Below are positions 9,478 through 17,051 of a stretch of DNA of 32,000 nt, piece by piece. The stretch comes from an uncultured bacterium (GTDB lineage: Bacteria; Margulisbacteria; WOR-1; CAVSGV01): positions 1,170,001-1,202,000 of the forward strand of contig OY969425.1 of NCBI GenBank assembly GCA_963699255.1, in the 5' to 3' direction. The position numbers and the translations under genes are program-made. Within the stretch, counting starts at the first letter, position 1, and each line of letters begins with the position of its first letter. The notes below the pieces were generated by a model. The model saw only the letters and a list, made by a program, of their open reading frames with translations. It was not told the DNA's origin and ran no database searches.

Positions 9478-9510
9478 GATGCGAGACGAGAGATGTGAAA
9501 TGAGAGAGAT
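9469..9510. repeat. GAGATGTGAGATGCGAGACGAGAGATG phrase repeat at mdh/fumA junction
   Basis: GAGATGTGAGATGCGAGACGAGAGATGTGAAATGAGAGAGAT; same word set as 21125-21204 and 3199-3217. Confidence 0.7.
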
Positions 9511-10342
9511 CGAAGCAAAAAAAATAACAGAAACCGTCAGAGACCTTTGCATACAGGCCAATTACGAGCTTGGCGATGGAGTTGTCCAATTATTGAATGA
9601 AGCCTTAAAAAAAGAAAGATCCGGCACCGGCAGGGAAGTGATCAGGGAGCTGATAAGCAATGCGGAGATCGCGAAGACGAAAAGGTACCCGATATGCCAG
9701 GATACGGGTCTGGCTCTGGTCTTTATTGAACTGGGACAGGATGTGCAGATTACCGGCGGCGATCTTACGGAAGCCGTCAATGAAGGAGTAAGCCGCGGAT
9801 ATACCGAAGGTTATTTGAGGAAATCGGTGGTGCACGATCCTTTCTTAAGGAAGAACACCAATGACAATACGCCGGCTTTGTTACACACGCAGATAGTTCC
9901 CGGCGACAGGATCAGGATCACGTTCATGGCAAAAGGCGGAGGATGCGAGAACGTAGGCGCGTATAAAATGTTCAAGCCCGGCGCAAGCAGGAAAGAGATA
10001 GAGGATTTTGTCGTTGATACCGTTAAGGCCGCCGGGCCGAACCCCTGTCCGCCGATAATCGTTGGCGTCGGCATCGGGGGAAATCAGGAAAACTCCGCGC
10101 TGCTCGCAAAAAAGGCCCTGCTCCGGGAAGCTGGAAAACTGAACAGCAACAAGGAGCTCCATAAAATGGAGAAGGAAATATTGTCCGGGATAAATGACCT
10201 CGGCATCGGACCCGAAGGATTGGGCGGAACGGTAACGGCGATGGCCGTGCACATTGAGTCGGCCCCCTGCCACATAGCAAGCCTGCCGGTAACGGTCAGC
10301 ATCGACTGCCATGCCCACAGGGTAAAGGAGGCGGTCATCTAA
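9500..10342 (+). CDS. fumA: Fumarate hydratase class I, alpha subunit (N-terminal-type domain)
   Basis: PICQDTGLALVFIELGQD, GYTEGYLRKSVVHDP, FMAKGGGCENVGAYKM, PCPPIIVGVGIGG. ATG at 9500 or 9479, both inside a phrase-like repeat. Confidence 0.9.
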   Translation: MREIEAKKITETVRDLCIQANYELGDGVVQLLNEALKKERSGTGREVIRELISNAEIAKTKRYPICQDTGLALVFIELGQDVQITGGDLTEAVNEGVSRGYTEGYLRKSVVHDPFLRKNTNDNTPALLHTQIVPGDRIRITFMAKGGGCENVGAYKMFKPGASRKEIEDFVVDTVKAAGPNPCPPIIVGVGIGGNQENSALLAKKALLREAGKLNSNKELHKMEKEILSGINDLGIGPEGLGGTVTAMAVHIESAPCHIASLPVTVSIDCHAHRVKEAVI

Positions 10343-10882
10343 GTGCAGAAGATCACGACCCCATTAACTGATAAAGTGATCAAATCGCTTAAAGCGGGCG
10401 ATGAAGTCCTGATCTCCGGAGTGATCTATACCGCAAGGGATGCTGCCCACAAAAGACTTGTCCTTGATATCAAACATCCTCCGCTTAACCTGAAGGACCA
10501 GATCATCTATTACTGCGGACCTACGCCCGCGATGCCCGGGCGTCCTGTCGGGTCTGCCGGCCCCACAACCAGCGGCAGGATGGATGGATTTACCGCCCCC
10601 CTGCTGAAAACCGGCCTTAAAGGCATGATAGGAAAAGGCCCAAGGTCAAAGGAAACAAGGGAGCTTATTAAAAAGCACAAGGCCGTTTATTTTGTGGCTA
10701 CGGGCGGTGCAGGCGCCCTGCTTGCGAGGCATATCAGAGCATCACAGGTCGTCGCTTACCCCGATCTTGGCCCGGAAGCTATACACAGATTCGACGTGCT
10801 GGATTTTCCGGTGATCGTGGCCGACGATATCAAAGGCCATGATATTTTTGAAGAAGGGATGAAGAAATACAGGAAAAAATGA
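10343..10882 (+). CDS. fumB: Fumarate hydratase class I, beta subunit (C-terminal-type domain)
   Basis: GEVLISGVIYTARDAAHKR (read as GDEVLISGVIYTARDAAHKR), IIYYCGPTPAMPGRPVGSAGPTTSGRMDGF, YFVATGGAGALLARHI; GTG start, RBS AAAGGAGG at 10324-10331. Confidence 0.92.
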   Translation: MQKITTPLTDKVIKSLKAGDEVLISGVIYTARDAAHKRLVLDIKHPPLNLKDQIIYYCGPTPAMPGRPVGSAGPTTSGRMDGFTAPLLKTGLKGMIGKGPRSKETRELIKKHKAVYFVATGGAGALLARHIRASQVVAYPDLGPEAIHRFDVLDFPVIVADDIKGHDIFEEGMKKYRKK

Positions 10883-11883
10883 CGCCATATAAATCACAAT
10901 ACACAAATCACAAATTACAAACAAATTACAATGCACAAATCACAAATAATTATTTTAGTAATTGTATATTGTTTATTGTTTGTTTATTGTTTATTGTCAT
11001 TTGTATATTCCCATCATATTCTTTTGCTGAAACAAAACAATATGATGGGGTTTGGTTCCTCGGCTTCAATCTTCACACGAAGCTTTTCGGTAATGATGAC
11101 GGCAGGCAGGTGCGCCGTGCCGTAACAACGGCCATAGACAGGGAAAAGATCGCGAAAAAAATAATCGGCGACGATGCCGTCCCCGTCGGCGTGATCCCTC
11201 CCGGAATGGAAGGATACGATCCATCGCTTACCCCGTATCCCCATGACTATGCGCTTGCAAAAAAGCTGATGACGAACGCGGGATATCCTTTGTACGACAA
11301 GCGTTTGAAGCATATATCACTGCTCATGACCGACGGGGAAAAAACAAGATTGATCGTCGATGAAATAAAAAAGGACCTTATTAACATAGGTTTTGACATT
11401 ACGACAAGGGTAGTGAAATACTCGAACACAAAAGAATGGGAAAGGGAACTCATGTCCGGCAACTACAACATGTTCGTAATGGGATATAAAGCCGGGAGCG
11501 TCGGCGAGATATTCATCGCCGACAAATCCACCGGCATCTTCCACACTTTTACCTGCTTTAAAAATACGACCAATGAAGCCGACCAGCAATATTTTGACAG
11601 ATACAGCGACGCCGTATCTTCAGGATTTTCTCCGTGTACGATATGCAAACCACAGCCGGAGAAGGCGCCTACGACGCTTGAACTGGTGCGCCCGCTTTTT
11701 TATCGCGATGGGATCGCGAACGCTGCGTACTTCCAGAATATAAGAGTGGATAATCTTATTGAAGAGCTCTCAACTCTGGATGAAAAGCTTATAGCGTCAA
11801 GAAAAGACAAATTCGAGGAGATCGGACGCATTCTTTATGATGACCTGCCCGTAGTACCTCTTTTCTATATTACGAGGCTATGA
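10879..11883 (+). CDS. Truncated family-5 extracellular solute-binding protein with internal Ada-like Cys/His module and signal peptide
   Basis: ATGA overlap with fumB; signal-peptide-like NCILFIVCLLFIVICIFPSYSFA; SBP_bac_5-like VWFLGFNLHTK..DDGRQVRRAVTTAIDREKI and C-terminal ILYDDLPVVPLFYITR; internal FHTFTC-x26-CTIC. Confidence 0.75.
   Translation: MTPYKSQYTNHKLQTNYNAQITNNYFSNCILFIVCLLFIVICIFPSYSFAETKQYDGVWFLGFNLHTKLFGNDDGRQVRRAVTTAIDREKIAKKIIGDDAVPVGVIPPGMEGYDPSLTPYPHDYALAKKLMTNAGYPLYDKRLKHISLLMTDGEKTRLIVDEIKKDLINIGFDITTRVVKYSNTKEWERELMSGNYNMFVMGYKAGSVGEIFIADKSTGIFHTFTCFKNTTNEADQQYFDRYSDAVSSGFSPCTICKPQPEKAPTTLELVRPLFYRDGIANAAYFQNIRVDNLIEELSTLDEKLIASRKDKFEEIGRILYDDLPVVPLFYITRL
10891..11010. 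repeat. Palindromic phrase repeat overlapping the 5' end of the solute-binding protein gene
   Basis: Left arm AAATCACAATACACAAATCACAAATTACAAACAAATTACAATGCACAAATCACAAATAATTA (10891-10952); right arm TAATTGTATATTGTTTATTGTTTGTTTATTGTTTATTGTCATTTGTATATTC. Confidence 0.8.
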
Positions 11884-12104
11884 ACCAGACGGACTATTTC
11901 TATAAAGTTAAAAAAAGCGATGTCTCTTTCATTTGCTCATACCTTGAAGCCTTTGAGGGAATGGCCGCGATAAGGACACCGAACCCGAAGATCGGAGAGG
12001 ATGCGGTGCTTCACATCATGGTGTCACCGGATTTTAACAGCCAATTCGAAGAGATCATAAGCAAGCTAAGCAAGGAAATTCCCCTGGAAAAGGTCGAACC
12101 GTGA
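11880..12104 (+). CDS. DUF4911-like small protein
   Basis: 74 aa, YFYKVKKSDVSFICSYLEAFEGMAAIRTPNPKIGEDAVLHIMVSPDF; overlaps both neighbouring genes by 4 nt. Confidence 0.7.
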   Translation: MNQTDYFYKVKKSDVSFICSYLEAFEGMAAIRTPNPKIGEDAVLHIMVSPDFNSQFEEIISKLSKEIPLEKVEP

Positions 12105-12601
12105 ATATTTTTTACCCGAAGGCGCACTTCAGGAACGTACAGGGAATAGATCTCTCAAAGCTCCAGGCTCTGGGCATCACTAACCTGATCGTCGACCTTG
12201 ACGAAACCCTGAGGAAAAGGAATTCGTCCAACATCCCCGAGGGATCCATTAAATGGATAGAAGAGGCTAAAAGTAAGGGCTTCAAGGTATGCATAACTTC
12301 GAACAATCCTTTCTGGTGGAAGCTCAGGAAAATGGAAGATATCTTTAATACCCCCGTCAGCCTCCTGGCGCTGAAACCCCTGCCCATCGCGTTCAATCAC
12401 GCGATGAGCCTGTTAAGTTCGAAACCTTCAAACACGGCTCTGATAGGAGATCAGCTGTTCACGGATATTGTCGGCGCCAACATGCTTGGCATCTATACGA
12501 TCCTGGTGGATCCCATAACGGGAGCGGAAAAAGGGATCTTCAGAAGGATGATGCGATGGCTTGAACAGAAGGTCTTCCCCAGGGTCAAATTAGAGCTTTA
12601 A
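12101..12601 (+). CDS. YqeG-family HAD phosphatase
   Basis: LIVDLDETLRKRN, VCITSNNPFWW, NTALIGDQLFTDIVGANMLGIYTILVDPI. Confidence 0.88.
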   Translation: MNIFYPKAHFRNVQGIDLSKLQALGITNLIVDLDETLRKRNSSNIPEGSIKWIEEAKSKGFKVCITSNNPFWWKLRKMEDIFNTPVSLLALKPLPIAFNHAMSLLSSKPSNTALIGDQLFTDIVGANMLGIYTILVDPITGAEKGIFRRMMRWLEQKVFPRVKLEL

Positions 12602-13187
12602 GCGAATGCTTTATTATTTCTTCCGTTGAATGATCTTTCGTAAAATCCATTCCCGATTTCATGACCGCTTCGCGCGCTTCTCTGGGCGTATAGCCCAGCG
12701 TCATTAAAGCGGCTATCGCGTCGGCGATCAGAGGTTCCTCGGCCGGAAGCCCCTTTAATGATCCGCCGCCTGCTACGGCGTAAGCTTTCCCCACTTTCTC
12801 CTTCAATTCAATGACAAGCCTCTGCGCGGTCTTTAGCCCGATCCCGGGGACCGTTGTGATGAGATCAACGCTGCCTTTCGCGATCGCGATGACAAGGTCT
12901 TCCATTTTTATCCCGGAAAGAAGCGCAAGCGCGCTCTTCGGCCCGATGCCGGAAACGGAAAGGAGCATGGAAAACAGCCCTCTCTCTTCCCTGCGTAAGA
13001 ACCCGTAAAGGTCCAGCGCGTCTTCACGCACCACCTGATATGTGAAGATCTTGATCTTCTCGCCGGGCTTCGGGAGTCTTCCTATGGACGAGAGCGGGAC
13101 GAAAACCTTGTAACCGACGCCTTGAACGTCGATGACAACATTATTCTGTTCAACGCAATCGAGTATCCCTGTCAGCTGCGATATCAT
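12585..13187 (-). CDS. ruvA: Holliday junction DNA helicase subunit RuvA
   Basis: MISQLTGILD, VGYKVFVPLSS, VSGIGPKSALALLSGI, VPGIGLKTAQRLVIELKEK, C-terminal domain TLGYTPREAREAV. Confidence 0.96.
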   Translation of the reverse strand: MISQLTGILDCVEQNNVVIDVQGVGYKVFVPLSSIGRLPKPGEKIKIFTYQVVREDALDLYGFLRREERGLFSMLLSVSGIGPKSALALLSGIKMEDLVIAIAKGSVDLITTVPGIGLKTAQRLVIELKEKVGKAYAVAGGGSLKGLPAEEPLIADAIAALMTLGYTPREAREAVMKSGMDFTKDHSTEEIIKHSLKALI

Positions 13188-13681
13188 GAAGCTTTCCTCA
13201 CTTTTGAATTAAACCCGTCGGAATTCATGTGGCACAGCGCCACGGCAAGCGCATCCGCAGCGTCATCAGGTTTGGGGACCGCGTCAAGCTTCAAGAGCCT
13301 CTTGACCATTTGCTGGATCTGCTGCTTGTCCGCCCTTCCGTAGCCGGTCAAGGCAATTTTAATTTCAAGCGGGGTATATTCCGCAATATCAAGTCCAGCC
13401 TGGGATGCAGTAAGAAGGATCACCCCCCTCGCCTGTCCCACCGCCATCGCGGTTTTTGTGTTCGCGCCAAAGAACAATCTCTCAACAACGACGCATTTTG
13501 GCTTGTGTTTTGAGATGATCTTCTTGAGGTCGGAATGGATCTTTTTGAGGCGCGCGCTTGAAGTCTCTTTGCTGCTCGTCTTTATGCATCCGTAATCCAC
13601 GACCCTGATTTCATCGCCGTCAGATTCAAGTATCCCGTAACCTGTGGTGGCCGTGCCCGGATCAATTCCCAAGGCTTTCAT
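13184..13681 (-). CDS. ruvC: Crossover junction endodeoxyribonuclease RuvC
   Basis: MKALGIDPGTATTGYGIL, VVVERLFFGANTKTAMAVGQARGV, YTPLEIKIALTGYGRADKQQIQQMV, PDDAADALAVALCH. Confidence 0.96.
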   Translation of the reverse strand: MKALGIDPGTATTGYGILESDGDEIRVVDYGCIKTSSKETSSARLKKIHSDLKKIISKHKPKCVVVERLFFGANTKTAMAVGQARGVILLTASQAGLDIAEYTPLEIKIALTGYGRADKQQIQQMVKRLLKLDAVPKPDDAADALAVALCHMNSDGFNSKVRKAS

Positions 13682-13709
13682 GGACTAAATTATATCACAA
13701 TTTCGGCGG

Positions 13710-14705
13710 CTAAAATGATATTTTGAATTCCTGTATGCGGTGATTGTTCGTGTCGGCCACAAAAAGACGGCCCTGCGCACCAGCCGATATCCCGATTGGG
13801 TTGTTGAACTCTCCCATACCCATCCCGGTCCCCCCGAATTTCATAAGGAACTTTCCGCTCCTGTCGAATATCTGTATCCTGTTGTTGCCGGTATCGCTCA
13901 CATACACATACCTGTCATCAACCGCGATCCCAGCCGGGGAATGGAATTCGCCGTCGCCCCCGCCGGAGCTTCCAATTGATAACAGAGACATGCCGTATTC
14001 ACTAAGCTTCTGTATCCTGTCATTTTTCGTGTCGGCAACATATAAGTTCCTGTCCGGGTCTATTGCGATATCTGACGGCGTATTGAAAAGCCCTTCACCG
14101 AATCCGAACCCGCCAAGTGAATCCAGATAATTCCCGTTCATATCAAATTTTTCTACCCTGTTATTCCCTGAGTCAGTCACAAATGCTTGCCCCATGGGAT
14201 CAACAGCAACCCCCAGAGGCCCGACGAACTTTCCGGAATCTGTCCCCAAAAAACCGAATTCACCCAGGAAAGTCCCGTTCAAATTGAATTTCTGGACCCT
14301 GTTATTATCCTTGTCCACAACGTACAACCTTTGATTCATATCGATCGCGATCCCCGCGGGCGAACTGAACTTTCCATCTGCATTCCCCCATCCGCCGAAT
14401 TGAAAAAGGAACTGGCCGTTCCCATTGAAGACCTCTACCCTGTTGTTCCCTGTATCCGAAACAAAGATGTTATCCATTGCCGATGAACCCGTATATGATC
14501 CCGCGGTCACGCCCATCGGGTAAAGAAATTGTCCGTCTCCGGAGCCGGAGCCTCCTATGACCCTCATAAAAGTCACGGAAGGAACAACAACCTCTTCGGT
14601 CACGGCCTGAGGGACAGTCCCCATGGCAAAACAGGGAGAGGAAATGATCAAGCAAATAATGATGTGAAGAAAAAATATATGTTTCATAAGGCCGCAAGCA
14701 ATCAT
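13710..14705 (-). CDS. Secreted NHL-repeat beta-propeller protein
   Basis: Signal peptide-like N-terminus (likely M at MKHIFFLHIIICLIISSPCFA) followed by about six repeats of the form FxxPxGIAIDxxxxLYVxDxxNNRIQKF. Confidence 0.88.
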   Translation of the reverse strand: MIACGLMKHIFFLHIIICLIISSPCFAMGTVPQAVTEEVVVPSVTFMRVIGGSGSGDGQFLYPMGVTAGSYTGSSAMDNIFVSDTGNNRVEVFNGNGQFLFQFGGWGNADGKFSSPAGIAIDMNQRLYVVDKDNNRVQKFNLNGTFLGEFGFLGTDSGKFVGPLGVAVDPMGQAFVTDSGNNRVEKFDMNGNYLDSLGGFGFGEGLFNTPSDIAIDPDRNLYVADTKNDRIQKLSEYGMSLLSIGSSGGGDGEFHSPAGIAVDDRYVYVSDTGNNRIQIFDRSGKFLMKFGGTGMGMGEFNNPIGISAGAQGRLFVADTNNHRIQEFKISF

Positions 14706-14767
14706 ATATCATATTTAACCGCGCTACAAGCATCGAAAACGCTGGAACTGTGTGCTATACTTTCCGC

Positions 14768-15868
14768 ATGCCTTCGGTGTTCAATTGGCTTGTTACAAGA
14801 AAAAGAGCCCTCGTCAAGAGAAAGGGAATCAAGTTCTCGCCGGCTGCAAAGTCGATCATTCTCCTCATAATTGTTTTACTTATCTTGTTCGTTCTCAGAT
14901 ATTCCGGTCAGATAATACGCCCTTTCATCTGGGCGGTTATAACCGCATACCTTTTTGCCCCGTTGATCTACTCCCTTGAAAAAAGAACGCGCGTGCCCAG
15001 GACGTTCTGGATAATGACGGCGTACATCATCATCGGATTTGCCATCTACTGGGCGCTCTCTTATGCGATCCCCATCGCCAACAAAGAAGTGTCGGAAATA
15101 GTCGGCACGGGAACTTTGAACAGCGCGTCATTTCTCGGGAACATAGAAAAGATCGGAAAAGGGAACTTCTTCGGTATTGTTATCGACTATGGGAACGTCG
15201 CATCTGTGATGAGGGTCTGGCTGAGCAGCAAGATAAAGGCGTTCGCCCTGCCCGTCTTTATCGGGTTCATGGAAAGGTTCATATTGATATGCGCGTATTT
15301 TATTATCACTTTCTACCTCCTTCTTGACGGCGAAAAATATATCCGCCTTTTCCTCCTGCTTTTCCCCACCAAATACAGGAGGGAGCTTACAAACGTGGCT
15401 GCGGAAATAAATGAGACGCTGGGCGCATATATCAGGGGCCAGGTCATGCTGATCTTTATCATGAGCCTGGCAAGCTGGCTCGTCCTTTCGACTTTAAGAG
15501 TGCATTACTCTCTGGTTCTGTGCCTTGCGACGGGGGTCCTTGAAGTAGTTCCGGTGATCGGGCCGATCATTGCGACGACGCTGGCGGCCCTTGTGGCTTT
15601 CTACCAGCCCGCCGTCGCCTGGGGTCTCACTAACGTCACATTGACCCTGATAGTGATCGCCGCCTACTTCATATTGAGGCAGATCGAAGATATGATAGTC
15701 ATACCGAACATCGTGGGAAAATTCATACATGTTCATCCTGTGGTAGTTATCTTCGCGATATTTATCGGGGCTCGGATCGGCGGAGTTCTGGGGGTCTTCC
15801 TTGCACTGCCCGTATCCGCGGTGCTGAAGGTCCTTTTTAATTATTTCTATCCTAAGCTGACCGTATAA
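14768..15868 (+). CDS. AI-2E/PerM-family membrane protein
   Basis: Multiple hydrophobic helices; VLEVVPVIGPIIATTLAALVAF and HVHPVVVIFAIFIGARIGGVLGVFLALPVSAVLKVL are typical of the family. Start may be ATG 14768 rather than 14750. Confidence 0.88.
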   Translation: MPSVFNWLVTRKRALVKRKGIKFSPAAKSIILLIIVLLILFVLRYSGQIIRPFIWAVITAYLFAPLIYSLEKRTRVPRTFWIMTAYIIIGFAIYWALSYAIPIANKEVSEIVGTGTLNSASFLGNIEKIGKGNFFGIVIDYGNVASVMRVWLSSKIKAFALPVFIGFMERFILICAYFIITFYLLLDGEKYIRLFLLLFPTKYRRELTNVAAEINETLGAYIRGQVMLIFIMSLASWLVLSTLRVHYSLVLCLATGVLEVVPVIGPIIATTLAALVAFYQPAVAWGLTNVTLTLIVIAAYFILRQIEDMIVIPNIVGKFIHVHPVVVIFAIFIGARIGGVLGVFLALPVSAVLKVLFNYFYPKLTV

Positions 15869-16997
15869 AAAAATCCATCAGCTTATGGCCGGCCCTGATA
15901 CGCAGCTTTGTTCTCGATATGCTCTTCTCGTTATAAGCTTCCGCTCCCCTGACCTTTTTCTTTGAAGAATAGATCGCGAATGGGACCGCCTCTCCCGAAT
16001 GCGTCATTAACGCTATCGGGGTCGGATGATCGGGCAACACCATTAGCTTGAAATCCTTATACCTGCTCAAACCTTTTAGTATGGGGCCGACAACGTACCT
16101 GTCAAAGTCTTCAATGGCCTTCATTTTGTGCTTGAGGTTGCCTTCATGCCCTGATTCGTCGGGAGACTCAACATGCACAAATACAAAATCTTTCGTCCTA
16201 AGGGAAGCCAGGGCGTATCTGGCTTTTCCGGCATAATTCGTATCAAGGTAACCCGTGGCTCCGGGGACATTTATTACATCAAGCCCTATAGCCCTTCCTA
16301 TGCCCTTTATAAGATCGACCGCGGTGATGACGGAACCCTTTAGCGGGAACTTTTTCATTTTCGGCGTTTTCCCCTGCCCCCACAGCCATATCATGTTGGC
16401 TTTTCCGCCCTTTGAAGAAAGTATCTCATATGAATCGCTCATCAATATGTTAAGCGCGTCGGCGCCCTTTCCCTTCGGGAGATATTTTCCGATCGGTCTT
16501 CCCGTGATGTCATGGGGAGGCGTGCATTTTGCCTCGCCCGGCCCTCCATTGATGACGGCGATATGCCTGTAACTCACCCCGGGATAAAATCTGATCTTTT
16601 TGTTGCCAAGCTCCCTGTTCAGGAACTTGATCACTTTTTTTGCTTCCTCGGTTGATATGTGGCCCGCGCTGTAGTCCGCCATTTTGCCATTCTCGATCCT
16701 TACAAGGTTGCACCTGAATGCGACATCATTCCTGCCCAGCTTTATCCCCCTGTTCAATGCTTCCAGGGGCCCTCTTCCTGAATAACATTTTCTCGGGTCA
16801 TATCCGAAAATGCTTAAGTTAGCCACGTCGGACCCGGGCTTTACGCCTTTCGGCACCGTATTTACGAGCCCGCAGGTCCCGTTCCTGGCGATCCAGTTCA
16901 TGTTCGGGATCCTTGCGGCTTCAAGCGGGGTCTTCCCCTTAAGCTGCGGCAGCGGCCTGTCCGCCATCCCATCTCCGACCAAAATCACGTATTTCAT
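15852..16997 (-). CDS. apgM: 2,3-bisphosphoglycerate-independent phosphoglycerate mutase, ApgM type
   Basis: MKYVILVGDGMADRPLPQLKGKTPLEAARIPNMNWIARNGTCGLVNTVPKGVKPGSDVANLSIFGYDP; ESPDESGHEGNLKHKMKAIEDFD; LPDHPTPIALMTHS. Confidence 0.93.
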   Translation of the reverse strand: MKYVILVGDGMADRPLPQLKGKTPLEAARIPNMNWIARNGTCGLVNTVPKGVKPGSDVANLSIFGYDPRKCYSGRGPLEALNRGIKLGRNDVAFRCNLVRIENGKMADYSAGHISTEEAKKVIKFLNRELGNKKIRFYPGVSYRHIAVINGGPGEAKCTPPHDITGRPIGKYLPKGKGADALNILMSDSYEILSSKGGKANMIWLWGQGKTPKMKKFPLKGSVITAVDLIKGIGRAIGLDVINVPGATGYLDTNYAGKARYALASLRTKDFVFVHVESPDESGHEGNLKHKMKAIEDFDRYVVGPILKGLSRYKDFKLMVLPDHPTPIALMTHSGEAVPFAIYSSKKKVRGAEAYNEKSISRTKLRIRAGHKLMDFFIRSA

Positions 16998-17022
16998 ATT
17001 GGTCTGATTATAGCAGATAGAT

Positions 17023-17045
17023 ACCCGCTACTGAAGTGTCGGGTT
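17023..17045. repeat. Short imperfect hairpin of the CCCGACACT...AGTGTCGGG type
   Basis: ACCCGCTACT-GA... read as ACCCGCTACTGAAGTGTCGGGTT: arms agree at 8 of 10 positions; resembles the hairpin at 30488-30505. Confidence 0.5.
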
Positions 17046-17051
17046 CCATTA

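Noticed and set aside
10931-11125. 64-aa ORF MHKSQIIILVIVYCLLFVYCLLSFVYS
   Set aside because: Alternative frame through the repeat; it also looks like a signal peptide because of repeat composition, but it leads into a frame lacking the conserved solute-binding-protein sequence.
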